From positions 209,211 through 273,210 of the forward strand of contig CAVZKR010000005.1 of the NCBI GenBank assembly GCA_963775935.1: a DNA stretch of 64,000 nucleotides. Direction: 5' to 3'. Numbering within the stretch: position 1 is the first letter of the stretch; each line of letters opens with the position of its first letter. This DNA comes from an uncultured Chloroflexia bacterium. Lineage in GTDB: Bacteria > Chloroflexota > Dehalococcoidia > GIF9 > UBA5629. Under the pieces are notes generated by a model, which saw only the letters and a list, made by a program, of their open reading frames with translations, searched no databases and was not told the origin of the DNA. Below are positions 37,678 through 46,422 of the stretch, piece after piece. Made by a program: the position numbers and the translations under genes.

Positions 37678-39813
37678 ATGTTCCTGAATGAAATAGAAGC
37701 CATGCAATTGTTGACAGATGGCGGCATCAGCGTCGCCGAAACTCGACTTGCCACCTCGAAACAAGAAGCGGTTACCTTAAGCCAAGAAATCGGTTTTCCC
37801 GTCGTATTGAAGATAGTCTCACCGGACGTGATCCACAAGAGCGATGCCGGCGGTGTAAAAGTGGGATTGAAAACCTCAAGACAGGTGGAGCATGCCTATG
37901 ACGATATTATAGCCAGTGTACAGCAGAAATACCCTGAGGCTAATATTCGTGGAATAGCCATTCAGCATATGGCACCCCCAGGTACCGAAATAATCATAGG
38001 TATGATCAAGGATTCGCTGTTCGGCGCTACCTTAATGTTCGGCCTGGGTGGTATCTCTGTGGAAGTCCTGAAGGATGTCTCTTTCCGCGTCACCCCTGTG
38101 ACCAGGCAAGAAGCCGCCGAAATGGTCCGGGAGATCAAAGGATATACACTCCTTACTGGGTTTCGGGGTCAGCCTGCAGTGGACATTGCTGCTCTGGAGG
38201 AAATGCTGGTCAAAGTCTCGCAATTCATCGAGGCGAACCCACAGATAAAGGAATTAGACCTGAATCCTGTACTGGCTTATCCTGATGGAGTTATAGCTGT
38301 CGATGCCCGCATTAATGTAGAAGAGTCCCGGGTGGAATCCCGGGTCTATGATAACAGGAGTAATTTAGGGGAGCTGGACTTTCTGTTTTACCCGAAATCC
38401 GTGGCTGTAGCCGGCGCTTCCAATAATCCGAACTCACGCGGCTATGATTTTATGCTGCACCTGATTAACTTCGGCTATAAGGGTAAAATCTATCCTATTA
38501 GCCTGAAAAGCCCCGAAGTTATGGGAATAAAAGCCTATCCTACTCTGGACGACGTCCCGGATACCGTTGACCATGTCATCTATTGTATTGGCTTGGAAAA
38601 TATGCCGGCTTTCCTGGATAGCTGCGCTAAAAAGGGAGTGAAGTCTATTCATGCCTTCTCAGCCCGCGGCGCCGAGACCGGGCGTGCGGACGCTATAGAA
38701 CTGGAATCCCACATTCAGAAAAAAACCAGAGAGTATGGCATTCGCTTGCTGGGCCCGAACTGCATGGGCGTCTACTGTCCAGAGTCCGGCTTCAGCTTCA
38801 GTACCGACTTTCCTAAAGAAAAAGGCAATGTCGGCGCTATGATACAGAGTGGTGGTAGCTCTACTGATATTACCAGGTATGGTGCTCTGCGGGGTTTGCG
38901 ATTCAGCAAGCTGTTGAGCTATGGCAATGCTATCGATATCAATGAAATGGACCTGCTGAAGTATCTGAGTGACGACCCTGAGACCAAAATCATTGTGGCT
39001 TTTATCGAAGGGTTAAGAGGAAATGGACGGGACTTCCTGGAGCTTGTACGAAAGACCACGGCCAGGAAACCTTTCATCGTCTGCAAAGGCGGATTGAGCC
39101 GGTCTGGAGCTAGAGTCGCCATGTCTCATACCGCTTCGCTCGCAGGGTCATCACTGGTCTGGAACACCGCTATCAGGCAGGCAGGCGGAATACCCGTCCG
39201 GGATATCGATGATCTGGTTAATGTGGCGGTAGCTTTTAATTTCATTCCGCCGATTAAAGGGAGAAGGGTAGGAACAGGTGGTAGCGGTGGCGGTCGTAAT
39301 ACCGTTTCCGTTGATGAATGGGAATCAAAAGGTTTCGAAGTTGTCCCCTTACCCCAGGAAATCCGTGAGGAATTCAGAAAGCGGGGCGCTCTGCTCTGGG
39401 ACTGTCTGGATAACCCTGCCGACCGTTCCATCACCATTCCCGGCGATGCCTTTACCATACCGGCACTGTTAATGGAAATGGCGAAACATCCGAACTATGA
39501 CTTCATCTGCGCCAATATCGCCGCCGAGGACCATCCGTATAACCAGGAAACGTTTGTATACTGGGTTGCCTCAAATGTTGATGGCTATATCAAACTACAT
39601 AAGGAAAGCCCGAAACCATTCTTCGCTATTTGCAGCGACCGCCCGCTGGGAACAGCGGATATGGACCACTGGTTCTTCCGGGAAGTTGCCAAGATAAGAA
39701 CCTGTTTAATTGAAGAACGGGTGCCGTTTTTCCCAACAGTGGATAAGGCAGCCGAAGCAATTAACGAGTTAATCTGGTACTACCAGCGGAAAAAATCAGT
39801 TAACCCCAAATAA
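37678..39813 (+). CDS. NDP-forming acyl-CoA synthetase, fused ATP-grasp (N-terminal) + CoA-binding/ligase-CoA domains
   Basis: N-terminal ATP-grasp region (EAMQLLTDGGISVAETRLA...FPVVLKIVSPDVIHKSDAGGVKVGL), then FYPKSVAVAGASNNPNSRG, and a phosphohistidine-loop-like AMSHTASLAGS. Confidence 0.8.
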   Translation: MFLNEIEAMQLLTDGGISVAETRLATSKQEAVTLSQEIGFPVVLKIVSPDVIHKSDAGGVKVGLKTSRQVEHAYDDIIASVQQKYPEANIRGIAIQHMAPPGTEIIIGMIKDSLFGATLMFGLGGISVEVLKDVSFRVTPVTRQEAAEMVREIKGYTLLTGFRGQPAVDIAALEEMLVKVSQFIEANPQIKELDLNPVLAYPDGVIAVDARINVEESRVESRVYDNRSNLGELDFLFYPKSVAVAGASNNPNSRGYDFMLHLINFGYKGKIYPISLKSPEVMGIKAYPTLDDVPDTVDHVIYCIGLENMPAFLDSCAKKGVKSIHAFSARGAETGRADAIELESHIQKKTREYGIRLLGPNCMGVYCPESGFSFSTDFPKEKGNVGAMIQSGGSSTDITRYGALRGLRFSKLLSYGNAIDINEMDLLKYLSDDPETKIIVAFIEGLRGNGRDFLELVRKTTARKPFIVCKGGLSRSGARVAMSHTASLAGSSLVWNTAIRQAGGIPVRDIDDLVNVAVAFNFIPPIKGRRVGTGGSGGGRNTVSVDEWESKGFEVVPLPQEIREEFRKRGALLWDCLDNPADRSITIPGDAFTIPALLMEMAKHPNYDFICANIAAEDHPYNQETFVYWVASNVDGYIKLHKESPKPFFAICSDRPLGTADMDHWFFREVAKIRTCLIEERVPFFPTVDKAAEAINELIWYYQRKKSVNPK

Positions 39814-39900
39814 AGAGGCGCAGGTCACTTCCTACCTCATAGTAATTCCATCTTTTACCGTCTTTTCGGTACAATAGCAAGAGAAGCGAAGGACGCAACC

Positions 39901-41103
39901 ATGAAATACGACTTTGACAGAGTAATCGACCGCAGAAACACCGATTCGGCAAAGTGGGGAAAAGTAGAAACGTTATTCGGTGACAAAGATGTATTGCCGA
40001 TGTGGGTTGCTGACATGGATTTGCCTATTGCCAGGCCGATAACCGAGGCTCTCAGGAAACGGACGGAACACCAAATATACGGCTATGCGCTGCCGCAGCC
40101 ATCGACAATCGAGGCAGTGGTAAACCGGGTACAGAAAAAATACCAATGGAAAATCAAACCCGAATGGGTGGTATTTACCCCAGGAGTGGTCCCTGCCCTC
40201 CATGCCGCGATCAGGGCGTTCAGCCATCCCGGCGATGAGGTCATCATCCAGGGACCGGTCTACTATCCCTTCTGGTCATCAATAAAGAACTGCGGCTGCC
40301 AGGCAGCGAACAACGAGCTTAATCTTATTGATGGGCATTACCGGATGAATTTTGAGGACCTGGAAAGAAAGTTTCGAGTACATAAGGATGGCATGATGCC
40401 ATTGCCCTCTCGTATCCGGCTGATGATTCTGTGCAGTCCCCACAATCCAGTGGGGAGAGTCTGGACTAAGGAAGAATTGACCAGGGTGGGGGAAATCGTA
40501 TTAAAACACGGCGTCTTAATGGTCTCTGACGAAGTCCACTGTGAATTACTTTACCAAGGTTCCAGGCACACACCGTTTGCCTGTCTATCGAAGGAGTTCG
40601 AACAGAACTCCATTACCTGCATGGCACCAAGCAAAACGTTCAATCTGGCAGGGCTGAATGTCTCCTCAATCATCATACCTAACCGTCAAATCAGGGAGAA
40701 ATTCAATGCTGCCAGGTTAGGCATTCAATCAAGCCCGAATGTTTTTGGGTATGTTGCCCTGGAGGCTGCTTATCGGTACGGTGATGAATGGCTGGAACAG
40801 CTGCTGGAATACCTTCAGGCAAACCTGGAATTTTTGATGGATTGCTTTGAAAAGAAAATACCGAAGATTAAGGTTATCCGCCCGGAAGGAACATATCTGG
40901 TCTGGCTGGACTGTCGGGATTTGTTCATGAGCCCTGAGGAGCTGAGGACTTTTATGAGGACAAAGGCTAAGGTGGGACTTGATGACGGATACCTCTTCGG
41001 AACAGGTGGGGCTGGTTTCCAGAGAATCAATATCGCCTGCCCCCGTGCTACGCTGGAAGAAGCGCTCCGAAGAATCGAAAACGCTATATCTTCAATTACA
41101 TAA
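39901..41103 (+). CDS. patB: PLP-dependent C-S lyase, MalY/PatB family (class I/II aminotransferase fold)
   Basis: MKYDFDRVIDRRNTDSAKWGK... N-terminus and ...SKTFNLAGL (PLP lysine context) are typical of MalY/PatB. Confidence 0.75.
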   Translation: MKYDFDRVIDRRNTDSAKWGKVETLFGDKDVLPMWVADMDLPIARPITEALRKRTEHQIYGYALPQPSTIEAVVNRVQKKYQWKIKPEWVVFTPGVVPALHAAIRAFSHPGDEVIIQGPVYYPFWSSIKNCGCQAANNELNLIDGHYRMNFEDLERKFRVHKDGMMPLPSRIRLMILCSPHNPVGRVWTKEELTRVGEIVLKHGVLMVSDEVHCELLYQGSRHTPFACLSKEFEQNSITCMAPSKTFNLAGLNVSSIIIPNRQIREKFNAARLGIQSSPNVFGYVALEAAYRYGDEWLEQLLEYLQANLEFLMDCFEKKIPKIKVIRPEGTYLVWLDCRDLFMSPEELRTFMRTKAKVGLDDGYLFGTGGAGFQRINIACPRATLEEALRRIENAISSIT

Positions 41104-41205
41104 GCTCGCGTCCTTGTTTGAGATTATTCTTCACCTTCAGGGATGGTGACTCCCACGGAATAGCCCCATAGTATACTTGATAAATTGTGAACTTGTCTAA
41201 AAAGT

Positions 41206-41673
41206 ATGAATTACACAAAAAGTAAAAAATCTGCACAAAAAGTCCACAAATTACACAGGCAAGTTCCAGCTAAAGTTACTGCTTATGTAGATGAAGGTAT
41301 TAAGGAATTAGTAGAAGTATTAAATACAATTCCTAATGTTTGTACCATCGAAAGTTGTGAAGGTAACACTGTAATCCCTGCACGTGTTTTATTGGATTAT
41401 GGGGTAAATTATGATACTGACGAATGCGATAGACACGCTCTAGTAGAATTTGCCGATATATTATGGGAAACAATTAAGAATTCGGAACTTGAAGGTAGTG
41501 TTCCTGCTGGAATGATAGAATGTGTCACTCTATCTTTAGAATGGAATCCTAGATACCATCCCACATTATGGATAAATGTTAAGAAGCAATATTTAAATGA
41601 TTTAGTTAATATCCTACGTCCCTTATGTAACGAGTGCAGACTGAACAAACAGCAATCCAAGAGTTTGCATTAA
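41206..41673 (+). CDS. Hypothetical protein (155 aa)
   Basis: Long ORF in AT-rich DNA with no recognisable domain and a weak RBS. Its 3' end overlaps the convergent ORF 41606-41851. Confidence 0.4.
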   Translation: MNYTKSKKSAQKVHKLHRQVPAKVTAYVDEGIKELVEVLNTIPNVCTIESCEGNTVIPARVLLDYGVNYDTDECDRHALVEFADILWETIKNSELEGSVPAGMIECVTLSLEWNPRYHPTLWINVKKQYLNDLVNILRPLCNECRLNKQQSKSLH

Positions 41674-41851
41674 TAGATGAACCATCATTATGAGGATTAA
41701 CAAACTTATATGTACTATGCAAAAGACGTTTACAAGGATGCTTGTGGTCGTGTTGAAAACTAATACACATGCAACGTCCTTGTGCAAGAGTAAGGATTCT
41801 ACGTTTTTCTTCTACCTCAGTTCCATGTGGGACTTTAATAAAGTCAGACAT
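41606..41851 (-). CDS. Hypothetical small Cys/His-rich protein (81 aa)
   Basis: AGGAGTG RBS about 9 nt upstream of the ATG at 41851. Last ORF of the minus-strand operon. The 68-nt overlap with 41206-41673 makes one of the two doubtful. Confidence 0.35.
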   Translation of the reverse strand: MSDFIKVPHGTEVEEKRRILTLAQGRCMCISFQHDHKHPCKRLLHSTYKFVNPHNDGSSINANSWIAVCSVCTRYIRDVGY

Positions 41852-41912
41852 ATTTTACTTCACTCCTACTGGTCTAATTCCTGCCTTATCCTAACTATGT
41901 AGTTGTTGTCTA

Positions 41913-42077
41913 TCACCCAATAAATATAAAAATCACAGAAATTATTATTGCGATAGCAGCCAGAACTAAGCTTACTAAAGCTATTTTATAACTTCTCTTT
42001 GATTCCGATTTTAATTTTAGCAGTATTTCTTTCTCTTCTGGTGGCATTTGTGCAACCCCATTAATGTATTCTGTCAT
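41913..42077 (-). CDS. Small single-TM protein (54 aa), absent from the supplied ORF track
   Basis: Hand-translated: MTEYINGVAQMPPEEKEILLKLKSESKRSYKIALVSLVLAAIAIIISVIFIFIG*. Strong GGGGGAGG RBS 9 nt upstream. Confidence 0.55.
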   Translation of the reverse strand: MTEYINGVAQMPPEEKEILLKLKSESKRSYKIALVSLVLAAIAIIISVIFIFIG

Positions 42078-42140
42078 TACTTAAATACCTCCCCCTTTTT
42101 CTGTGTTAATCCCATGAGCTTATATGATACATAAACCTAG

Positions 42141-42770
42141 TTAATATTTACCATTTGACCAATCATGCAATAACCACGACCGCACTGCTTTTCCTTGTGA
42201 TTTTTTATGGTGATATGGGCAAAGGCAAATAAGATTATTAATGTTATTGTTTGCTGGATTATTGTCTATATGATGTATTTCCAGATAACTTGTTTTATCA
42301 CAACCTTTCCATTGGCATCTACTGTTTGCCCTTGAAAAAACTTGTCTCTGTATTTCAACTGGTATAGGTGTACGGCTTTTTTTGCCATTTTTATTACTTT
42401 TCCTTAGTACCCTATTTATAATTTTCCAAGCTAAAATACTAATTGCACAAATAGCAGCAATAGTAATAATAATTGGTATCCAATTCTGTTTAATCCATGC
42501 AGGTAATAACGGAACTACATAAATCCCAAAAAGACAACCAAAGGCTATAATTATGAGAACTATATCTGCTGTTCTTCTTGATGCCGTACTTACCTTTTCC
42601 ATTACAAAACGAATACCAACAAAAGCTAAGATAATGATGGCGATTACCGTTAACAGTATTGTTAGATTATTACTTATCCAATTAGAAGCACCTGGTATAA
42701 AAAACCATGCAATAAAAGCAAGGATTGCTATCAATATGATAATGGCTAAGAGTTGATTACTTCTCCGCAT
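42141..42770 (-). CDS. Membrane-anchored HNH endonuclease domain protein
   Basis: Four predicted N-terminal TM helices, then a C-terminal HNH region: RCQWKGCDKTSYLEIHHIDNNPANNNINNLICLCPYHH. Confidence 0.75.
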   Translation of the reverse strand: MRRSNQLLAIIILIAILAFIAWFFIPGASNWISNNLTILLTVIAIIILAFVGIRFVMEKVSTASRRTADIVLIIIAFGCLFGIYVVPLLPAWIKQNWIPIIITIAAICAISILAWKIINRVLRKSNKNGKKSRTPIPVEIQRQVFSRANSRCQWKGCDKTSYLEIHHIDNNPANNNINNLICLCPYHHKKSQGKAVRSWLLHDWSNGKY

Positions 42771-42802
42771 AATCCCCTAAACTGGTGGAGGTTTCCTTTT
42801 CC

Positions 42803-43213
42803 CTACATAAAACCTGGAGCAATTAAATCTAAACCATCAATATGTTGGAAATGCCTTCCATTATTAGTAGCTAATGAACATTCGTGCCTTATGGCACATG
42901 CAGCAATCCAACAGTCGGCATACTCAATAGTAAAACCCATTTTGTCACATTTACATTTAATCTCTGCCCATTTCAAACAAACCAAATGGTCATAAGGTAG
43001 TACTACATAATTTTTTAAATGATTCTCTAATTTAAAAATTCTTTGATTCCCCCACATAGCTTTGTAAGCACCGTAATATAATTGTGCAACTGTCATAAAC
43101 GCCACAGCTAAACTTCTATGTGATAAACGTGGGAGGAAATAGGCAGCTTGCGTATGTCGATTAAAAATGTACGAAACTACATCAGTATCAACTACTATTC
43201 TATTGTCTGCCAA
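42803..43213 (-). CDS. PIN-domain ribonuclease (VapC-like toxin)
   Basis: N-terminal IVVDTDVVSYIF acidic motif and PIN-like length. TTG start with an AAGAGGT RBS, 14 nt after the upstream gene's stop. Confidence 0.75.
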   Translation of the reverse strand: MADNRIVVDTDVVSYIFNRHTQAAYFLPRLSHRSLAVAFMTVAQLYYGAYKAMWGNQRIFKLENHLKNYVVLPYDHLVCLKWAEIKCKCDKMGFTIEYADCWIAACAIRHECSLATNNGRHFQHIDGLDLIAPGFM

Positions 43214-43227
43214 AGTGAATTTACCTC

Positions 43228-44178
43228 TTAATTACGTGAACTTCTTACTGCTTCAAAAAATGTGTCGAAGTCAGTGTCTTCAGGCCAATCGGATGCCATC
43301 TCGTGCAAATCACCTACAGGATAAACAGATTGTTCCCTAGCTAATTCCTCAAATGTTTTCTCTCTCCAAAATGATGACAATGGAACTTGTGGAATATCAG
43401 TAAGCGAAAGTTGTGCAATCGGCTCTACATCCTTAACATGTAATAATGCCATTTTACCAGTATCAAAATCATACTTGGCATCGCCTTTAGCCCTTATAAA
43501 TTGTCTCGGATATCGCATTATTTGTTCTGCTATATCTTCATCAAATGTGCAACCGATAGGCTCTCCCGTTGAAGGTTGTAAGCGGCATCTTAATTTGTCT
43601 TCCTCTACATCTAACATCAATAATCTACCTTCAACTGTAGTATAAGAAAATTGATATCTATTAATTCTATTTATTATCTTTTCTCTTACAGATGACTCAT
43701 ATTTCAATTTTCGGTGTCCAAAGCTGCTATTTGAATTAATGTAGATATTATCTACTCCTCTATCAATAATTTTACCTGCATCTCGTAATGGTATTAATAT
43801 ACTTTGGTCAACTTCATCTGGTACTTGTTTGTCTTTAGCGATTGCGTTTATAGATACAATTAACTTGTCTGTAGCCTCTTCACCAATATCCCATTGTGGA
43901 AATTGTTGCCCATTTCTACGAAGGTCTAACCCTATACGGAAACATCCACGCCTGACTGAAACAATTTCCAATGCAGACAATATTTGCATTGCCTTGGTTG
44001 GTCTTCCCCTTTTTGTTGCAGTATCTTTTTGCAACGACTTGTGAATTAAGCGGTCAATAGCAATACTTATATTGGATATAAAAGTCGATAGGTCGTCAAA
44101 TAGAATTGTATTGTTCCGAATAGCTGAACCCTCAAATTTAAAGCGTAGAAGCGGTTTTTTGTTGAAAGACTTGTTCAT
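43228..44178 (-). CDS. Hypothetical 316-aa protein with antitoxin-like C-terminal tail
   Basis: AGGAGGG RBS. The C-terminal ...FWREKTFEELAREQSVYPVGDLHEMASDWPEDTDFDTFFEAVRSSR resembles the toxin-binding tails of PIN-associated antitoxins. The N-terminal ~260 aa are unrecognised. Confidence 0.6.
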   Translation of the reverse strand: MNKSFNKKPLLRFKFEGSAIRNNTILFDDLSTFISNISIAIDRLIHKSLQKDTATKRGRPTKAMQILSALEIVSVRRGCFRIGLDLRRNGQQFPQWDIGEEATDKLIVSINAIAKDKQVPDEVDQSILIPLRDAGKIIDRGVDNIYINSNSSFGHRKLKYESSVREKIINRINRYQFSYTTVEGRLLMLDVEEDKLRCRLQPSTGEPIGCTFDEDIAEQIMRYPRQFIRAKGDAKYDFDTGKMALLHVKDVEPIAQLSLTDIPQVPLSSFWREKTFEELAREQSVYPVGDLHEMASDWPEDTDFDTFFEAVRSSRN

Positions 44179-44314
44179 TTTGAATTTGCCCTCCTATTCC
44201 AGACATGATAAAATATCTACTGATGGAGGGTATTTTAAGCTAGTACCAATAACTTAAAATCATAATCAGAGCCTAAGACAAATAAAACTGTTCTTTTAAC
44301 TGATATTATCAAAG

Positions 44315-44340
44315 AAACCCTACTATTACAAGTAGGGTTT
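44315..44340. terminator. Perfect 10-bp hairpin (AAACCCTACT-ATTACA-AGTAGGGTTT) with flanking T/A runs
   Basis: Immediately downstream of the HTH gene stop (44343) on the minus strand. It separates that gene from the 44178 operon. Confidence 0.55.
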
Positions 44341-44342
44341 TG

Positions 44343-44579
44343 TCATTTTAGCTTATTTCTTGGTTTCTTATACCGCTTTTTCTTCGGGATACGTTTTCTT
44401 TTACTTAACTGGTCTAATAGACTGAGAACTGATTTTGAATTATTCGGATTGCGTTCTCTAACCTTCCATTTCTGTACAGCATTAACTGTTACTCCTAATT
44501 CATCTGCTAATGCTGCTAATGTCCAGCCTTTTTCCTGTAGTTCGGCAAGCTTATCTTGTATTTCAGTCATTACTACCAT
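44343..44579 (-). CDS. Small helix-turn-helix protein with basic C-terminal tail
   Basis: GWTLAALADELGVTVNAVQKWKVRERNP is an HTH segment, with a KKKRYKKPRNKLK tail. Divergent from the transposase gene. Confidence 0.65.
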   Translation of the reverse strand: MVVMTEIQDKLAELQEKGWTLAALADELGVTVNAVQKWKVRERNPNNSKSVLSLLDQLSKRKRIPKKKRYKKPRNKLK

Positions 44580-44720
44580 ACTAACATACTCTGTATGCTG
44601 TTGTCAATACGTAATAATCAAAAATAATTGCAATTTTTTCTGAAAATATACCCGAAACCTATTGACAAAACTATACAGTGTATGTTATTATAAATACAGA
44701 ATAAAGTATGGAGTAGTGAA

Positions 44721-45956
44721 ATGGATATATGGCAGGAAAGAGGAATAGCAATAGCTGAATCGAATCAAGTAGAGAAAAATAAATTAGGTTGGAAAGTGTC
44801 TTCACAATCTGGCAACGGAACGTATATTGTTAATATTGATAATGAACCATTCTGTACCTGCCAGCACTTTGAAGAGACTCATGAAAAATGCCAGCATATT
44901 TACGCTATCGAATTTATAGAGCAACAGGAAACAAGAGAGGATGGTACTACTACATGCACTAAATCAATGAGAATAACTTATAGCCAAGTATGGCCAGTAT
45001 ACAATATGGCTCAACGTAACGAGAAGAAAGAGTTTATGAGACTTCTATACGATTTATGCCAGACCATACCACAGCCAGAATATATTTTTGGCAGACCACG
45101 ATTACCTTTATCCGATATGGTATTTTGTGCAGCTTTGAAAGTATATTCAACGGTATCTGGCAGACGTTTTATGACAGACTTGGAAACTGCTTTTGAAAAA
45201 GGTTATATCTGCCAGTTACCACATTACAACTCAGTATTCAACTATCTTGAAGATGAAAGCTTAACTCCACTATTAAAGAGACTGATTGAATCAACGAGTA
45301 ATCCACTAAAGCATATTGAGACATCTTTTGCTGTAGATTCAACAGGGTTTTCCACTTGCAAATTTGACCGCTGGTATGATACGAAATATGGAAAAGAACG
45401 AAGCCAGAAGAAATGGCTCAAGGCTCACATAATGTGCGGTACTACCACTAATACAGTGGTTAGCATTGAAATCACGCCAAGTAATGTAAATGATTCTGTA
45501 ATGCTTAAGCCGCTAGTAGATAATACAGTAAAGCGATTTAATTTAGCTGAGATAAGTGCCGATAAAGCCTATGCCAGCGATAATAACCTTAATATCATCA
45601 ATGATGCAGGTTCTGTACCATACATACCTTTTAAAATGGGGGGTTCTACTGGTCGTGGTGTTAGAAAGTCTGGCTCTGCAATCTGGACGAAGATGTATCA
45701 CATGTTCATGTTTCATCAACAGGAATTCATGCAACATTATCACAAGCGTTCCAATGTGGAATCAACATTTGCCATGATTAAAATGAAGTTCGGTGATGCC
45801 ATAAGAAGCAGAGGACATGTCTCGCAAGTAAACGAATTGCTATTAAAGGTACTTTGCCACAATATCTGCGTATTGATACAGTCAATTTACGAATTGGGGA
45901 TTAGTGATACTTTTTGGGCAGAAAATGCGGTTGCACAAAAAGCAAGTCAGAATTGA
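44721..45956 (+). CDS. DDE transposase (IS4/IS5-like) with N-terminal SWIM zinc finger
   Basis: SWIM-type motif CTCQHFEETHEKCQHIYA. Candidate DDE residues in AVDSTGF, ISADKAY and SNVESTFAMIKMKFG. Confidence 0.75.
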   Translation: MDIWQERGIAIAESNQVEKNKLGWKVSSQSGNGTYIVNIDNEPFCTCQHFEETHEKCQHIYAIEFIEQQETREDGTTTCTKSMRITYSQVWPVYNMAQRNEKKEFMRLLYDLCQTIPQPEYIFGRPRLPLSDMVFCAALKVYSTVSGRRFMTDLETAFEKGYICQLPHYNSVFNYLEDESLTPLLKRLIESTSNPLKHIETSFAVDSTGFSTCKFDRWYDTKYGKERSQKKWLKAHIMCGTTTNTVVSIEITPSNVNDSVMLKPLVDNTVKRFNLAEISADKAYASDNNLNIINDAGSVPYIPFKMGGSTGRGVRKSGSAIWTKMYHMFMFHQQEFMQHYHKRSNVESTFAMIKMKFGDAIRSRGHVSQVNELLLKVLCHNICVLIQSIYELGISDTFWAENAVAQKASQN

Positions 45957-46031
45957 CACTTTTTAGACAAAGTGATAAATTGTATAGTAAGCTTTACAAT
46001 TAGTACAGTAAACTATACAGGAGGCATCGGA

Positions 46032-46412
46032 ATGCAAATAAGTAAATTTCGTATTTACAAGGCGATCATAGCGGGCGGGCTGGGCATTGCTGTGGCAATT
46101 GCGATTGCTACTGACACCGCCATAATCGCGCTGGTGGCGGTTGTTGTAGCTATTGTACTTGCGTTTATTCTGGAACGTAGCAACAAAGAGATAGTACGGG
46201 ATGAGCGAATCTCGCAGATCAGCGGGAAAGCTGCTTCTGCTTCTTTCTATAGCGTGCTTATACTGGCGGCAGTCGCCTCATTGGGCATCGCCCTTTTCCG
46301 CAGCCAGTTGCCGGAAAACGTTGTTTTTTTTGGTGCTATCATGGGCTATTTTATCTGTGTTGCATTATTACTGCATATGTGTTTTTACGCCTATTTCAGC
46401 CGGAAGCTATAG
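46032..46412 (+). CDS. DUF2178-like membrane protein
   Basis: 4 TM helices, typically paired with the downstream small XRE regulator. AGGAGG RBS upstream of the ATG at 46032. Confidence 0.6.
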   Translation: MQISKFRIYKAIIAGGLGIAVAIAIATDTAIIALVAVVVAIVLAFILERSNKEIVRDERISQISGKAASASFYSVLILAAVASLGIALFRSQLPENVVFFGAIMGYFICVALLLHMCFYAYFSRKL

Positions 46413-46422
46413 GGTGCAACAG

